From Callorhinchus milii (Eukaryota): a DNA stretch of 64,000 bases. A program made the translations under genes and the position numbers. Shown here in pieces: positions 28,001 to 40,000 of the stretch (within the stretch, counting starts at the first letter, position 1; each line of letters begins with the position of its first letter). Under the pieces are notes generated by a model, which worked only from the letters and a program-made list of their open reading frames with translations, had not been told where the DNA came from and made no database searches. The stretch is from contig NW_024704742.1 in the NCBI RefSeq assembly GCF_018977255.1, forward strand, positions 79,672,001 through 79,736,000. The letters are read 5' to 3'.

Positions 28001-31000
28001 GACCTGGAAGGACAAACTAGTTATTGGGGGCAGAGGGTCCTCCTACTCAGTTCCAGTTAACACTGCAAGCCAAAGGCCTAATAGGTAGGGTGGTCCTAGA
28101 TGGACAAGCAGCAGAAAAGCTTGTCAAACAATGCTTTCAATGACAAGCTGTGCAGTTTTAGCTGGTGAAACTACAGCAATTTTCAACCATGCATTCAGCC
28201 ACCCTCCTACCTCTCTGCCCTCCCTCATCCCAACCCTGCTCCCCAATGCTCGGGTCCTGCTCCCTGACTGTTTAACGCCTTGGGACTTCCTCCCAACATG
28301 AAAGGTGCTTTATAAATTTATTAATAATGTATAATCAACAATTTTGTGGTTGATGTTGTACCAAACTCTATTGCTAGTAAACATGGCTATTGTTCTCCAC
28401 ACTGCCTCTTACCTGGTCTGACCTTCTGGTGGAATGACTCACACTTCCAGCTTCACCCCTCTTGCTGCCATTCACGCACAGCCTCATAGCAGAGAGCAAT
28501 GGGAAGAGAGATGCAGCTGGGAGATCAATCATTGATCAAATGATTGATCAAGGCGTCAATCATAGCCTGAGCCCCACTGGCCTCCAAGGTCCCCTCAGAT
28601 CTCGGGGCCCAAAGCCATGGCTTACTTGGTTTATTGGTTAATCCGGCCATGGGTATCAAGAAGGCATCTGTGTAGAGCTTTATCTCACTCAACCGAGAAA
28701 GTGGTGCAGAGCCCACAACAGACTAACTCTGTGTTGTGTGTGGATGAACAATCTTGATCATACAAATAGCTCTCATTCCATTACTATTAACTTCATAAGC
28801 TGCAGATCATCCAAAACTCTGCAGCTCATGTACTCTAGCCGACCAGGCTCTGTGACCCCATCACTCCCAACCTCGCCCAACTCCATTGGCTCCGCATCGC
28901 TTAGAGGATCGAACTCAAGATTCTCATCCTCACTTTCAAGTCCATCCATGACCTTGCCTCCTTCTATCTCTCTGACCTGCTGACTCCCTACCAACCTGCC
29001 CGCTACCTCCGTTCAGCAGGCTCTGGTCTGCTCCATGTCTCCCACCCGACGCCCTACTATCGGTGGTTGGGCTTTCAGCCTCTCTGCCCCCACACTCTGG
29101 AATTCCATCCCACAGTCCCTTCACCTCGCTTCCTTCCCTTGCCTCCTTCAAGGCCGGTCTCAAGACCCTCCTCTTCGATCTTGCCTTCAGTCACCCTCCC
29201 ACCTCTCTGCCTTCCCTCATCCCTACCCCACCCCTCCCCTATACTTGGGTCCTGACCCTTGACTGTCCAGCGCCTTGGGATGTCCTCCCAACGCGAAAGG
29301 TGCTCTATAAATGCAATTTTGTTGTTGTTGTTGCTGTATTACTGTCTGGTGCAGCACTGGGCCCTTCCAAATCAATAGATTGCAGGTTTGAGCACTAGTG
29401 TGCGTTGGTTTAGCTGATCTCAGTCAGAACAATGCATTATCCATAAGGTAACACTAGCCTGTCGATGGACAGCCACAATCAGATCACAGTCTCACATTTC
29501 ATTCAGCTAATTAAACATTAAATGTTACAGTCAACTAATTAATAATTACAAATTAGACAGCTAATTAACTATTAAAAGTTACAGTTTTCTATTAATGTAT
29601 AAGCTACACACTTAAATGAATAAACGATGGCTTCAAATAGTAAAGGAATCAAAGCTGCTCCTATAAAGTTTGTTTGTACAAAGGATATCTTGTAACTGCT
29701 AGCTTGGGTTATATAAAGTCATGATCAGATTAGACAAACATGCCATTTACCTGAGGTCCCTATGGTGTGGTCACTGCCTGGCCCCATTCCTGTGGTAGTT
29801 CTGTTTCCTGACCATCTGCTCCAGTCAAAGTCATCCCCTTCAATATTAAGTTGATAGCCGCAGCTTGGCTCCAAATCACTATCAAAGTCACAGTCAGCTG
29901 CACTTCTGCCACCCTCTATAAGGAAAGGAAAGCAAAAGACTTTGGATTGGATGCCCCTGTAATGTTTTCAACCATAGTATAAAAATAATAATAAATTGGT
30001 CACTCAATCCACAACTGTTTGTGGACACTACTGTGCGCAATTGGCTGCCACGTTTCGCCCACAAAATAAGGGGTCAATTCACTTTACCGTATATTCTGTG
30101 CAGGGTTTTGGGACAACTCAAAGATGTAATAAGGCTCTTTTTGAAATGCAAGGATTATTAGTATTATAGTCAGGAGAATGACATGATATGGGCTGCAGAT
30201 AGCTCCAGTTAATATGTTCCCAAATCTTCAAAAATATTGTTTGGATGTTTCCCTTTATATTCAATTGTGTTTTTCTAAATTTGCTTATAAATTTGACTCA
30301 GTATGATTGGGACTCAGAATGTATTTTGTTGTAATAAATGCAATGGTTTTGTTGCAATACATTCACACCATATCCTGTATTTCCAATACACTATGTTAAT
30401 TTTCTTTTCTCAGAAAAACAATTTTGTCAATGCATTTCCAACAATACCGAAATACATTCCACTACATAAATGACCTGCTTGAGGCACTCAGCTCTGAATA
30501 GTAATGTACAAAGAGAAATGCATCTTTCAGGACTGGAATGTTGATGCCAAATGACTCCCTGTAAGTCAGTGATTCATGGTAGAAATCATGAGCAGCTAAC
30601 AAATCAAAATTTGTGAAATAAGTGAGTACATATAGCTCTTAACAAAAACGGTAGAAAAGGAAGGTAACAATCTCAGAACCAATTCAATCTTCCTTTCTGT
30701 CAAAATTGGAAATGCAGAATAAAAATGTTCACCGAAAATAACCAACAACAACAAACAACAAATTGCAATTATATAGTGCCTTTCACATGGACATCCCAAG
30801 GTGCTAAACAGTCAAGGGTTTGCACCCGAGCTTGGGGTTGGAATCAAGGGAATGGGAAGATGACCAAAGGGACAGTCAAAGAGGAAGATCTTGAGACAGG
30901 CCATGAAGGAGACAAGGGAGAGGGGTGAGGTGAAGAGATTCTGGGATGGAGTTCTAGAGGGTAACGGTTTAAGAGTGAAGGCCCAATTGCAGTTGCTGGA

Positions 31001-34000
31001 GCAGGCCAATGCATGCCGAGTGGAGGGAGCGGGCGGGTTGGTAAGATTTCAACTCGATCCTCGGGGGATGGGGAGCTCCCGAAGCCTGGTGTGGGAGAGG
31101 ACACAAGCTGCAGAATTCTGAATAATTGTGGAACCAAGAAGGTTCCTCTCCATGATTGCAGGATTCAGACTGATAAAACACTAATCAGCTCTTACTTTGA
31201 ACAGCTCTACATTGTCCTCACAACACCAAATCCACTCAATTACTCGCCGTAGTGATTAACCTCAGTGCAATGCTGTTTTTATGTTGTTTACCTCCTTTAT
31301 CCCAAAACATGACTTGAATGCTCCTGAATCCTGCTTTTATTCGCTGCATACAGTGGCTTGCATTTTGAAGTATCTGTGATGTATTTGTAGCCATATAAGT
31401 CATGTTACCAACCAAATGTTGGATTAAGATTATATTGCTCTGCGGAAGGGAAAAAAATAAAATCTTGAGCACTAAAATTGATATTAAACAGTACTTTTTC
31501 AAATAAACCTGCAGAATAATACATTGTTTCTCAGCATATAGGGATTAAATTGCATTGCTATGAGTGACAATCTTGTTCTGAAATCATTTGGCTGAGGCCA
31601 AGTTGCTCTTTTTATGATACTGTTTTTTCTTCACCTGGAGTCAGTTTGACAAAAACTGGACAGGAGATGAAGAAAAACATTAGAATGATAATAAAAACAG
31701 TTGTCGCCCTCCAGAACTCCTGCTCTATAGGCTGCAGATCATCCAGATCTCTGCAGCCTGTGTCTTCTCCCGCACCAGGCTCCATCACCCTCTCACCTCC
31801 ATCCTCACCCAACTCCACTGGCTTCCCATCACACCGAGCATACAGTTTAAGATCCTGGTGCTCACCTTCAAAGCCCTCCATGGTTTTGCTCCCTACTACC
31901 TCTGCGACCTCCTAACCCCTTCCCATCCTGCTCGCTCCCTCCACTCAGCGAGCTACGGCTGCTTCACATCCCCCGCCTCGCCCGCCCCACCATTGGCGGG
32001 CGGTCCTTCTGACACTTTGCCCGCGCTCTCAGGAATTCCATCCCGCAGTCCCTCCGCTTCGCCCCTCTCTTGTCTCCTTCAAGACCCATCTCAAGACCCT
32101 CCTCTTCGACTGTGCTTTTGATTACTCTGCTTCTCCCCTGTCCTCCACCCTTCACATCCCAACACCAAGCTCGAGTCCGAAACTCTCCAGTACCTTGGGA
32201 CATCCTCCCTACATGAAAGGAGCTTTAGAAATGTAAATTTGTTGTTGATGTTGCTGTATTCTAATATCTTGAAACACCAGTCTTCAATAAACTTCCAGGG
32301 ACTCTCTTGAATGGATTGCCAATAAAAGTCAAGGTGAACACAGTAGCTCTTCAGTGCACTAGCTTTAATAGGCTGACCTGATGTTCAGTCACAGCTGATC
32401 ACAAAACACTCCTGCAAAGCTGATTAAACTTCACTTCTGCTAGGTTTCCCGCTGGGCATGTTTCCAGCAAGTAAGAACCAGTGTCGCAACAGTGATCCTC
32501 ACAACCAGTCTAAGAACACAAGAGAATGACTTTCAGTCCTTACAACAAATCTCTCAAAGGAAATTTTCTAAATAGATTCTCTAATAGTAGAGGGCTCCCC
32601 AGAGAACTTGATCTGCAGGTGGATGTTAATGATCCTGTGGCAACCACTCGAAAAGAGAAGGGAATTTTCTCCCCAGTGGCCCGGCCAACAATCCTTTAGA
32701 TTAATTCTCCACCATTTCCGGCACCTCCCGCGTGATCCAACCACTAAACATATCTTTCCCTCCCCTCCCCTCTCAGCATTCCGAAGGGACCATTCCCTCT
32801 GTGACTCCCTGGTTCATTCCTCCATCACTCACATTAGTTGCTGTCCTCCCCCCAGCACCTTCCTATACCAACGCAGGAGATGCAATACCTGTCCTTTCAC
32901 CTCCTCCCATACCACTGTCCAGGGCCCCAAACACAGTTTTCAAGCGAGACAGTGATTTATGTGCATTACCACCAATGTAATTTGCTGCATTCACTGCTCA
33001 CAATGTGGTCTCCTCTACATTAGGGAGATGAAACATAGATTGGGTGATTCATTTGCCGAACACCTTCATTTTGTCCGCAAGCACAACCCTGAGCTTCCAG
33101 TTTCTTGCCACTTCAATTCTTCCTCCCTCTCGCACTCTGACCTCTCCATCCACGGTCTCCTGCGCTGTTCCAATGAACCTATCCCAGAGAGGATCAATTT
33201 CAAGATCCTCACCCTTGTATTCAAGTCCTCACTATGCCCTGAGGCTCTGGAACTGCCTTCCTCACTCCCTTCATTTTGTTCCCTCCCTTCCCATTTTCAG
33301 GCCTCTGCTGAAGACCTTTCTTTTCGACCGCGCCTTTGGTCATCTTCCCACCCCTCCCCCTGGCTCGGCCACGGGATCCGTTACTGTAAAGCGCTCTGAG
33401 ACGCCGTCCGGCGTGGAGTGCGCTATATAAATCCAAGTTGTTGTTGTCATTGTTATTGAACCACAGTGCAAGCTTGAGGAACAGCCTCTCATTTATCTGC
33501 TAGAAACCTTACAGCCTTACAGCCCTCTGGCCTCAATATTGATTTCAACAATTTCAGTCCATAACACCTCCCTTTCCCCCCACTCTGTGACCGTTACCAC
33601 ATCATCTTGGTCCCAGACACACCCTTTCTCTCTCTTGTCTGCCTATTTGCAATTGTTGCAATTTTTTCCCCCTTTTGTTTTGCAGTATTAACCCCTTTAT
33701 TCCCCTGTTTTGTTGCAATCCCCCCCTTTGTTTTGCATCATTAACACCTCTTTAACCCAACATCCCCTGTCCTCTAACCCATTTTCTCCTTCGTCTTCCT
33801 TGCCCTGCCTCCCTCCACCTCCCTGTTAGCCCTTAAAAGCCTCTCCCTCCCAACATGCCACAGTTCTGATGAAGGGTCGTGGACCTGAAATGTTGACTCA
33901 CTTTCCTTTCTCCATAGATGCTGCCTGACCTGCTGAGTGTTCCCAGCGTCTTCTGCTTTTGTTTCAGATTTCCAGCATCTGCAGTGTTTTGCGTTTTATT

Positions 34001-37000
34001 AGACCTTTAGATTAGTTGATTATTCACCCCATCCCATGGCTGTTTGCAGGACTTCGCTTTGCACAAAAGGATTGTCACATTTGTAGCAAAAAATGATCTT
34101 CATTTCTTTGAAGCACTTTGTGATGTTTCATCGTTAGAGGGACAATAGGAATAAATCTCCTCTAGTTTTATTTTGCTGTGGTGGGAAGGGGAGAAAACTA
34201 TTGCTATTCCAGTTTCAATTCTCCTGGACAGGAAACCAACTACACCAACAAATTAAGCCATTTTCCTCTCTATTAAAGAAAATCTGCCTGCAAAATAGTA
34301 AAATAGGAGTGGAGTTGTGCAGATCAGAAACCCAAGATGGCCCAAAGCAATAGGCAGCTGTGACTCTGGGATTCAAGGGAGAGTCGGTGCTGATTGATAA
34401 CTGATTGGCAATAATTGCAATAATTCAGGAACAGGAAGAAATGTGCAATGTCTCAAGAAACGTAATAGTCAGCATAAGGAATGCATTAAGAACAACTTCA
34501 AATTTCACCCCATACTTATCATTTTATAATAACAATATAATAATAATAATCCTTGCATTTGATCTAGCGCTTTTCATGTCTTCTAGACATCTCAAAGCGC
34601 TTCACAGAATATGCTGGAAAGTGAATTGACAGGATATTTGTGGCTGAAACACGGCAGCCAATTGCACACAGCAGTGTCCCACAAACAGTCGTGGATTGAA
34701 AATGACCAATTTATTATTGTTTAGTTTTGGAGGGATTATCATTAGGCGTGTGGAGTAAGGAAACTTGCCCAAGGTTTCTCCCTGCCTGGAATTGAACCTA
34801 GGTGTCTCGCATGCAAGACGAGTGCTCGAACCACTGAACTACATGACTCTAGGACATAGGCTGCTGATATCAGCAGATCACTGCTCTCTGTGATTGTGTA
34901 TATTTTTAATTCCTAGATCTGTGGGTTGCAGAGGTCAATCAAGTTCTTGTAGTCCGTCATCAGGCAAATCTATTTTTTTTAAATCCAGCAGCAAGATAGT
35001 CTTACTTTGCCTTCAAGTGATGCAGAATGATGAGTTGAGTGTGTGGCAAAGGAGAGATGACGGAGGGCTGGCATTCAGTTCCTGATAATACAGTGGGCTC
35101 CGTGCCAGAACATTGTGTAATCAAATGCAGAGTTCAACTGAAAGTTAATACTTTTTCAAATATTACTCAGGCTGAAAATTAAACCTTATTTGCAATGTAA
35201 CCTCACAAAAGTAGAGAGGTAATCTAGAGAGAATCAAAGCTTGATTCAAATCAGAATTAGTTTTATTAATATAATGGATTCTCACCTTGAGACTCAAATT
35301 TATTTCAATATTCTTAGCATATGGCATCAGGGTTAGGGGGCAAGAAACCCAAACTCTACTTTAAACCTCAATTTACTTTTACACTACTAATTACCTACAA
35401 CTGGTAATCAGTGTAATAGTCCATGGCTTCTAAAATGCACATCACCAAAGGGATTACTAATGTGACACAGGCAATTTCAAGGACACTACTCTCTATGCAA
35501 CGCAACATTTTACATTTGTACCAATTAGGCAGTGTTTCTTTAGTGAGTGTCCAGTAAGAATGCATGATTTGCGTTTTCAAAGGAGACCACGCAAGATTAA
35601 TGGAATAATATCAGTGGTAATTCTAGCACTACCCTATCAAGAAATGGACTAATTGAATAACATTAATAAACACACTACGTAAGCCCATTTTAATTTAAAC
35701 AATTACTTTATTCAAGTACCACAAGGTCAGAATTGTGGTATTTCTAAACATATCCAGTTCCTTATTTAAAGAACATCGCTAAAATATATTGTACAAACAC
35801 CTTGCCTTTATAAATAATAGTGAAGTTTATACACGACTGAAAATGTTTGGAGCCCATACCTTAAATTCCACTTTGTGAAGCTGCTGTTTGACAACTTTGA
35901 ACTGTTGTTTTGCAGGATATATCATAATATATTATAATAGTAAAGCAGAGACTTCCTTTCTCCCACACCCACACCATAGTCTTGATTATCAGAGGGGCCA
36001 AACCACTGCCATTTTAAGGTGCAACACACCTGCCTAGATCTCTTCTGCCTGCAGGACAGACCAAAGGATCATTGAAAGAACCTGCACCGGGAAACCAAAC
36101 ACCCAGTTTGTTCTGAGCACAAATGTGTAAAAATGAAGACTCTATACAGGAGAATTTGTTCCAGGTCAGGTGGAGAGAATACATTTCAGCGTCTTGGGAC
36201 GTCCTTGACGTGAAAGGCGCTATACAAATGTAAACTTGTTGTTATTGTATCCACTCGAATACTGCTACTCTCCACAGTTGCTCAACCCAGAGCAATTCAG
36301 AAGGGAGCTGTAATTTTGTATCTCTGGGCTACAAAATGGAGGAGATCCACTAGATAGACTGAAGTGGAGTCCAGTCTAAAGTATTTCAGCTGGTGACCCC
36401 AGTATAAAGGATATATTATATTATATTGTTATATATAGGTCAATCATACAGCTAATGATGCCCTTTTCTCTTCCAGGATCAGCACATTTCAGACTAGTTC
36501 ATAAAATGTGAGTGAGGGTGCCAACTTCTCTGCTCCTCTCCAACTTTGAGCTATATATACATATACTATATATACATATATATTACATATTATGTATATA
36601 TATTTAAAAGTGTGGTCCAGGACTGTTTGTGGGACATAGCTGTACAAAATTGGCTGCCACATTTCGCCAACAAAATATACAGTCAATTCGCTGTGAAGCG
36701 CTTTGAGACGTCTCGACGATATGATAAGGTGCGATACCAAATGCAAGCATTATTTTTGTTACAATTTACAGTTACCAGTAGTGTAATCACACTTGTTTGG
36801 TATGTGCTATGTAAAGGTTTCAGCTGCACATCTTGCAAACGATTACTCATTGAAATTTTTAGGAAGAGATGATCAGGTTTCCATTTGATGATCTCCATGT
36901 GTCCGCATGTCTTCCACAGGACAACATGTCCTTCTCATAAGGTAAGCACGGGAGATCACTCAGTGGTATGCATAAGTCTGCTCCATGTTAGTTAAGTAGG

Positions 37001-40000
37001 AATGAAACATCAAAGTAATTATCCACCCACCCACACATCCATCCATCCATGAAAGTAGTGGTATGGATATAATCCAATATACAATTAATTCCCCGTTTAT
37101 GTTTAATCTGCACTGAGGAAACTGGATAACAATTGCCATTATTTGACTCTTGTATCAAAGTTACCGAATTGAGATCTGTCTTTGAAAGACTTAATTTTCC
37201 AAACCTTCCAAAGTATAATTCAAAATAAAAATTGAAAGAAAAACAAAAGTTTGTTAGCTGCTGGCCACAATTTGGATGAAAAGCAATTTTTAACCTTAAA
37301 AAGTTCAAATATATTGAATCCATTAAAATTATACTGATCCCTTTAAAATTATACTGAACCTGCGACCTTCTTAAACCCTACCTACCTGCTCCGTCCCTCC
37401 GGACGGCTGACCCTGGCCAGTTTTTTGTTGTTGTTGAACCTGTTAAAATTATCCTGAACACATTAAAATTATACTGCTAACTCTTGTCCACAGGTTGAAT
37501 TGTTTTAGTCATACCAGAAACAGTACTGTTGCAAGGGATGCTGACAGCAGTAGAAACAATGGTATGAGGTCAATATATAAAATATAAGAAATGGAAAGGA
37601 TACAATGAGCACTTAAAACTGGAAGCAGGGGTGGCTGGCTCCCCGAAAGGGCTCAGGATTTTCAGGTGAATTGGAGGCACCAATTTGTGGGGACATCGAT
37701 TTGTGGAGCCACCAATTTGGCGTAAAACCTCTGCACTTGAAAACCTTCGTCAGAGCTTTAACAGGGGGGCTGGATCCAGGCAGCGATTGGTTATCGTAGC
37801 TGTCGCTCATCAGGGAGGGCAGACTTGGAGCGATGTTTGGCTGATATGATCTGTCACTCACCCAAACTGTGTGCTCTGTGTAAAGTATCGGGAGCCAATT
37901 ATGTGGGTACTCGGGAAATTTCCCGATTTCCCATACAGTTAGTCCACCCTGACTGGAAAGTATATAATAATCTTTGCATTTGATATAATGCCTTATCGCA
38001 TCATCAAAATATCTTAATGTGCTTTACAGGATATTCTGTACAGTGTATCTGCAGATATGGCAACCATTTTATGGCAACCATTCCACAAATAGCCACATGA
38101 AGTGAGTGACCAGTTTTATTTGGAGAATTGTTGGCAGGGACACTGAGGAAAAGCTTCATTAGTCTTTCAACAGGAGACAGAACTTTAATGCCTCATCTGA
38201 AGGACAGCACTCACAAAATCACAAGATTAGTTTGGATTGAGCAGGCCCTTCGGCCAATCTGATCTCATCCCTCCAAAATATCCATGCTACCACCCTCTTA
38301 TCACATCATTAAGCTGCTCTGAAATTGTAGCACTCCCCCAACACTGCACTTGAGTGTCAACCTAAGACCTTAAAGTCCTAATGTGGAGCTTGAACCCACA
38401 ATCTTCTGACTCAGAAGCGAGTGTTTACCAACTGAGTAGGTAATATGAAAAACATCATTCTGCATGGGTTCACCATCTTATGATCAACAACCTATTTACA
38501 TAAACTACTAATGACTATGCATGGATCACTTAACAGATTTTGAAAAAGATTTTAGATTGAGATTGAAGTGCAATATTCTCATAACAATATATTTCTTGCA
38601 TGGTGTTGCAAATATTTTGTTGTGATTCTTATTTAAATTATTTTTGACTTTCAATATAATTTCTGAGGAAGTTATTCAAATGTAGTTTCCCTTTATTCCT
38701 GATGTTATGTTAATTTTAAGATTATAAATTAGTTTACATCTGTAACGAATGGTAGGAAAAAAGTAACACGTATCATTAAAGGTGAAGATTTTGCTCAACT
38801 CTAGCAATGTTTCCGAAAGATAGTGTTGAACCAATAAATGATGATTTGGCTTTGACCAAGTTCAGACATTAAAGTGCAATGCGCAGGAAAAAAGCAGATC
38901 TGTTTACCTCAGGCTTTGAAGTGTTATTGGAATTTCTTCTGCATGTATCTTAGGGTATTTTCCCTCCATACAGTGCTGAGAGGAGTTCTGCATTGTCAGA
39001 AGTGCTGTCTTCTGAATGAGACAAGGGGATAAATAAAGGGCCCCATCTGCCCATTCAAGTGAACATCGAAGACTTTGTGGCACTAATTGAAAAAAGCGAA
39101 GGGGATTTCTTCTGTTTTCCTGGGCAACACTCCTCCAGATAAATTGGTCATTCACATTATGCCTGCTGATTGGGTTCATTGCTGTGCGTAAATTGACACT
39201 GCATTTGCCCGCAAATATACAGTCCACTACCCAAGACAAAAATTACTTGTGAAGCACTTTGAGTTCTTTTGATATGATAGGCACAAAATCAAATGCAAGG
39301 ATTGGACAATTTATTTCTTGGTTCCTTTCCCTGAGCTCAAAGCCACGACAACATAATAAGCAAGCTGCACTTTAATTTGTTGTGTTTTTTGTCAATTGAG
39401 AATAAATCTACAGTCCAATCCTACTTTATTACAACAGTGTTAAAGCCACAACACTAGCTGTGATTCTGTACTCTATTGACCTTATATTTCATACTAATTC
39501 ATTCTATATTTTGAAACTGACCTTGATCTGACCCATTTTCTCCACCATAACCACAACATATTTGTCAAGATCTGAAGTGCTTTTCTTGGTTTCTTGTTCT
39601 AGAATTTTTGCATCCTCCACAATAGATTGGGCAGCAATTAAATCCAGGTGAATAGACTGCAACTTGTCGGTCTAATGGATGCAAAATTAAAAATTATAAT
39701 CTTATTATCAACTTCGCATAGATAACACATTTAAAATCAACATTGAAGAATTCAGAACCACATTTGGCTCATACAATTAAAATTTGTTTTGGCATCAACT
39801 TAAAATACTGAGTAATTGTGTGTTGTGTGTGTCTGTGAGGTGTGTGTGTGTGTATATCTTGCATGTTTTCAAATATCAGCAGTCAATTGTTTTTAAATCT
39901 GAAATATTACAATGTAATTGTTGCTTTCACTAAGTGAGTGCATCTACAATTAATTACTTACCTACCCTAACGCTAATTTGCTTATTCTACAATATTATAT

